Source of the DNA: Urechidicola sp.
GTDB taxonomy: Bacteria > Pseudomonadota > Gammaproteobacteria > GCA-001735895
Length of the DNA: 33,957 nucleotides
Reading direction: 5' to 3'
Assembly (NCBI GenBank): GCA_047638435.1
Contig: JBLILW010000003.1
Span: forward strand, 1 to 33,957
The notes below the pieces were generated by a model. That model was given only the letters and a program-made list of their open reading frames with translations. It ran no database searches and was not told the DNA's origin. Both the position numbers and the translations under genes were made by a program. Numbering within the stretch: the stretch's first letter is position 1; every line of letters starts with the position of its first letter. Below, in pieces: positions 31,100 through 33,957 of this stretch.

Positions 31100-31606
31100 T
31101 TAGTGATACTGGCGAATGATTAATTCGTTGCCTCTTTGAATCAGTTCCATATTTTTCAACACATTCATACCCAGCAAAATATCCGATAGTCCAGGATTTA
31201 AGCTAGCCTTTACGTTGGTCAAAACAATATTGCCCATTTTCAATTCATTTAGTCGAGTTTGGTAAGCGGTGGCAGAACCATTCGCAGTCGAAACCAAAAA
31301 AGCAGCACCCACATTGAGTTTTAATCGATCCTGAAAATGGGCTGGAATACTGGTGATAGTCGCACCAGTATCAACCAGGAAAGTCACTGACTTTTGGTTA
31401 ATCTCACCGTCAAAAACATAATGCCCTCGTTGATTTCGTGTCAGTGTAATTTGCTTAAATTGGCTACTGTCTGAGGAGGCAACCGACTGGTTTGGGTTAG
31501 CCTGATGCCCGAGAATTTTAGAAAAACCCAAGGCGAGCAATAAAAAACCTAAAATCCAGCCACCTAGGGTGAACATCATGCCTATTTTTTTAGTAGAATG
31601 CGTCAT
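31100..31606 (-). CDS. Retropepsin-like (clan AA) aspartic protease with N-terminal TM
   Basis: GHY...GEIN, FLVDTGAT, TANG, LLGMNVL. Confidence 0.9.
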   Translation of the reverse strand: MTHSTKKIGMMFTLGGWILGFLLLALGFSKILGHQANPNQSVASSDSSQFKQITLTRNQRGHYVFDGEINQKSVTFLVDTGATITSIPAHFQDRLKLNVGAAFLVSTANGSATAYQTRLNELKMGNIVLTNVKASLNPGLSDILLGMNVLKNMELIQRGNELIIRQYH

Positions 31607-31678
31607 AGTGTTGTCTTAAGTTTAACTATTCTAACTTTGGGCGAAAAAATTAAATTCAATCATTAAGGCTAGTACATT

Positions 31679-32779
31679 ATGTCAGGTAACAGTTTTGGCA
31701 AACTATTTGTGGTGACATCGTTCGGCGAAAGCCACGGTGCAGCGATCGGTTGCATTGTCGACGGGTGTCCTCCGGGGCTCAGTTTAACTGAAGCTGACTT
31801 GCAAGGTGATCTTGATCGACGCAAACCTGGCACCTCTCGCCATACAACACAGCGACGTGAAGATGACGAAGTTCAAATTCTATCCGGCACATTTGAAGGC
31901 AAAACCACCGGCACACCGATAGCCTTACTAATTAAAAACAAAGATCAGCGCTCAAAAGATTACGGTAATATTAAAGAACAATTTCGTCCCGGCCATGCTG
32001 ACTATACCTACACTCAAAAATATGGCTTTCGAGATTATCGTGGTGGTGGACGATCATCAGCGCGAGAAACAGCCATGCGAGTGGCCGCCGGTGGCATAGC
32101 AAAAAAGTATTTATTCGAAAAATGTGGCATTCAAATTCGGGGTTATTTATCGCAACTCGGTCCGCTTAAAGTCGATAGTGTTGATTGGAACGAAGTCAAT
32201 AATAATCCATTCTTTTGCCCAGACCCAGACATGGTGTCAGAGATGGAAAAGTACATGGATGCCCTGAGAAAAGAAGGCGAGTCAATTGGTGCCAAGATAA
32301 CTGTAGTGGCCAGTGGCGTTCCGGTTGGTCTGGGTGAACCCATTTTTGATCGGATTGATGCAGATATTGCGCACGCAATGATGAGCATCAATGCCGTAAA
32401 AGGTATCGAAATTGGCGCAGGTTTTGATTGCATCGAACAAAAAGGCAGCTTGCATCGGGACGAAATCACACCGCAAGGGTTTTTATCTAATCATGCTGGC
32501 GGCACGTTGGGCGGCATTACCTCAGGGCAGGACATTTTGGTGAATATCGCACTTAAACCAACATCAAGTTTGCATCTAAGAGGGCAATCGGTTGACCTCA
32601 ATGCAGAGCCAGTCGAAATCAGAACCAAAGGACGTCACGACCCTTGCGTCGGCATACGAGCAACACCTATAGCAGAAGCGATGCTGGCGATAGTTTTGAT
32701 GGACCACTTTCTACGCCACAGAGGTCAGAATGCCGATGTTCAATGCAGTACACCCGTTATCCCACCCTGTGTGAATTAA
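31679..32779 (+). CDS. aroC: Chorismate synthase
   Basis: [40 protein letters not shown]. Confidence 0.98.
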   Translation: MSGNSFGKLFVVTSFGESHGAAIGCIVDGCPPGLSLTEADLQGDLDRRKPGTSRHTTQRREDDEVQILSGTFEGKTTGTPIALLIKNKDQRSKDYGNIKEQFRPGHADYTYTQKYGFRDYRGGGRSSARETAMRVAAGGIAKKYLFEKCGIQIRGYLSQLGPLKVDSVDWNEVNNNPFFCPDPDMVSEMEKYMDALRKEGESIGAKITVVASGVPVGLGEPIFDRIDADIAHAMMSINAVKGIEIGAGFDCIEQKGSLHRDEITPQGFLSNHAGGTLGGITSGQDILVNIALKPTSSLHLRGQSVDLNAEPVEIRTKGRHDPCVGIRATPIAEAMLAIVLMDHFLRHRGQNADVQCSTPVIPPCVN

Positions 32780-32849
32780 CTAGTTATAAGCATCTAGCAG
32801 AGCAAGATTTTTTCCTGAATGTTACTCACACTAGAGGTCATTAAGAAAC

Positions 32850-33577
32850 TTTAAGACAGCATGGCGTTGAGAGGTATGTTCTAAATGCGGACACTCCCGC
32901 TTTATTAGTGGCAGGGTTTTGATTAATGACGTTATTTTCTACCTAGCCGGCTGACAAAGCGATCAATACTGATGTCATAACGACTCAATCGATACCGTGA
33001 AGCTGATTGAGCAAGCAGTATCGAGAAAGAACGTGATTAGGTCCTTCGACAAACACGCTTAACAAATCGAATTTTGCGTGAATCAGTTCTATCCTCCTTC
33101 CACCCTTCGCCAGTAGGTGGCGCTAAACCAAGTTCTGTTTCCAAGCGAGAAATTCGGCTATCTCCACTCCAGCATTGATTATTGTTCTGCCACTAGTTCG
33201 TCACAATACAGATTAAACTTGAGGCTACAATTCTCATGGCCTAAAAGGTTTGATAATGTCGGCATATACATTCACCTCTAAACTAGCGAAAAAGTTAATT
33301 TCACTGGTTTTTTTCAGAGACAATGATAATACCTACTTCTGATCCTGCTCTGATCTCGCTAGAAAGTGTGAGACCGTTTCAATCTGGGAGGCTTAAATTG
33401 ATGAGGGAAAGGCCAATAATATGTTGCCCTTTGAATGTCTAAAACGCCTAAAGATTTTCCACTGTTAAGTTAAGAAAAACGTCATCAGACAGTGTTTCTT
33501 CGGCCTTTTTCCAAGATATTCCCATCGTCTTCCAGGATAAGAATTGTGGGTCAAGTGTTCGAACTTTGGATTGTCAC
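32850..33577 (-). pseudogene. Heavily degraded OmpR/PhoB-family response regulator
   Basis: Minus-strand reading across many stops and frameshifts: ILILEDD (33524-44)...INLSLPD*NGLTLSSEIRAGSEVGIIIVS...IIKPFRP*EL...SVL*RT...AEFLAWK...RIELIHAKFDLLSVFVEGPNHVLSR..LL...YDISIDRFVSRLGRK. The 3' end is approximate. Confidence 0.85.
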
Positions 33578-33931
33578 TTAATTAGATCTGGAATAAATAA
33601 CGCCTTATAACCTTGCACAAAATTGCACAAACCTAACACATTCATTACATATTAAGCATTTAAAATACTTAGTGTAAAGGCAACTTTAAAATTAGCTTAG
33701 GTACACAATGCAACTCAATACCTACCAAACGATTAAACATATAACCTCGGCCCATCAAAATTGCAGGGTGGACGGTTTAATAGCATCAAGGATGCCGAGC
33801 ACCTGATCGAAACATCGAAAAAACCTATTCAACAACATTAAGAGGACTGAATCATAAAGGCAGGGAATCGTTTGGAATTCTATAAATTAACCTAACGAAC
33901 TAACCTTTTTTAAATGACTTTGGAGAAATAA

Positions 33932-33957
33932 ATGTCAAAAATAGTTTTAGTCGTAGA
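33932..33957 (+). CDS. Start of a gene, probably a CheY-like receiver domain (truncated by window edge)
   Basis: GGAG Shine-Dalgarno at 33922-25, then MSKIVLVV(D/E). Only 8 full codons visible. Confidence 0.45.

Noticed and set aside
1101-32844. Numerous 60-125 aa ORFs overlapping or antisense to annotated genes
   Set aside because: Shadow ORFs of well-supported genes with no independent motifs.
32800-32910. Plus-strand VCSKCGH resembling an IS1595 zinc ribbon
   Set aside because: Surrounded by stops, no DDE region, and overlaps the tail of the minus-strand OmpR pseudogene.

Overview
Core chromosomal window of a Gammaproteobacterium. Intact or near-intact genes: a 5'-truncated multi-PAS diguanylate cyclase, metY, ybbN/cnoX, parE-parC, a FimX-like protein, efp-epmA, psd, PCuAC and SCO copper chaperones, prmB, djlA, a DUF2007-like gene, a UDG-family gene, rhlE, slyD, TraB/GumN, yjdM, sbcB, an MscS channel, sdaA, gcvP with a divergent LysR regulator, a retropepsin-like protease and aroC. 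I see no CRISPR array, tRNA, rRNA or transposase. The most striking signal is non-coding. A 280-bp inverted-repeat-bounded MITE (30786-31065) holds a nested ~110-bp element with GGA-loop hairpins. Between two of those hairpins is a 20-nt segment (30895-30914) that is the exact reverse complement of part of the structured rhlE leader 12 kb away (18555-18574). The ORF track also misses or only partly captures several decayed genes: an OmpR-family regulator, a twice-frameshifted secreted protein and a possible frameshifted CxxCH mini-cytochrome. All family assignments come from motif recognition; no database search was run.
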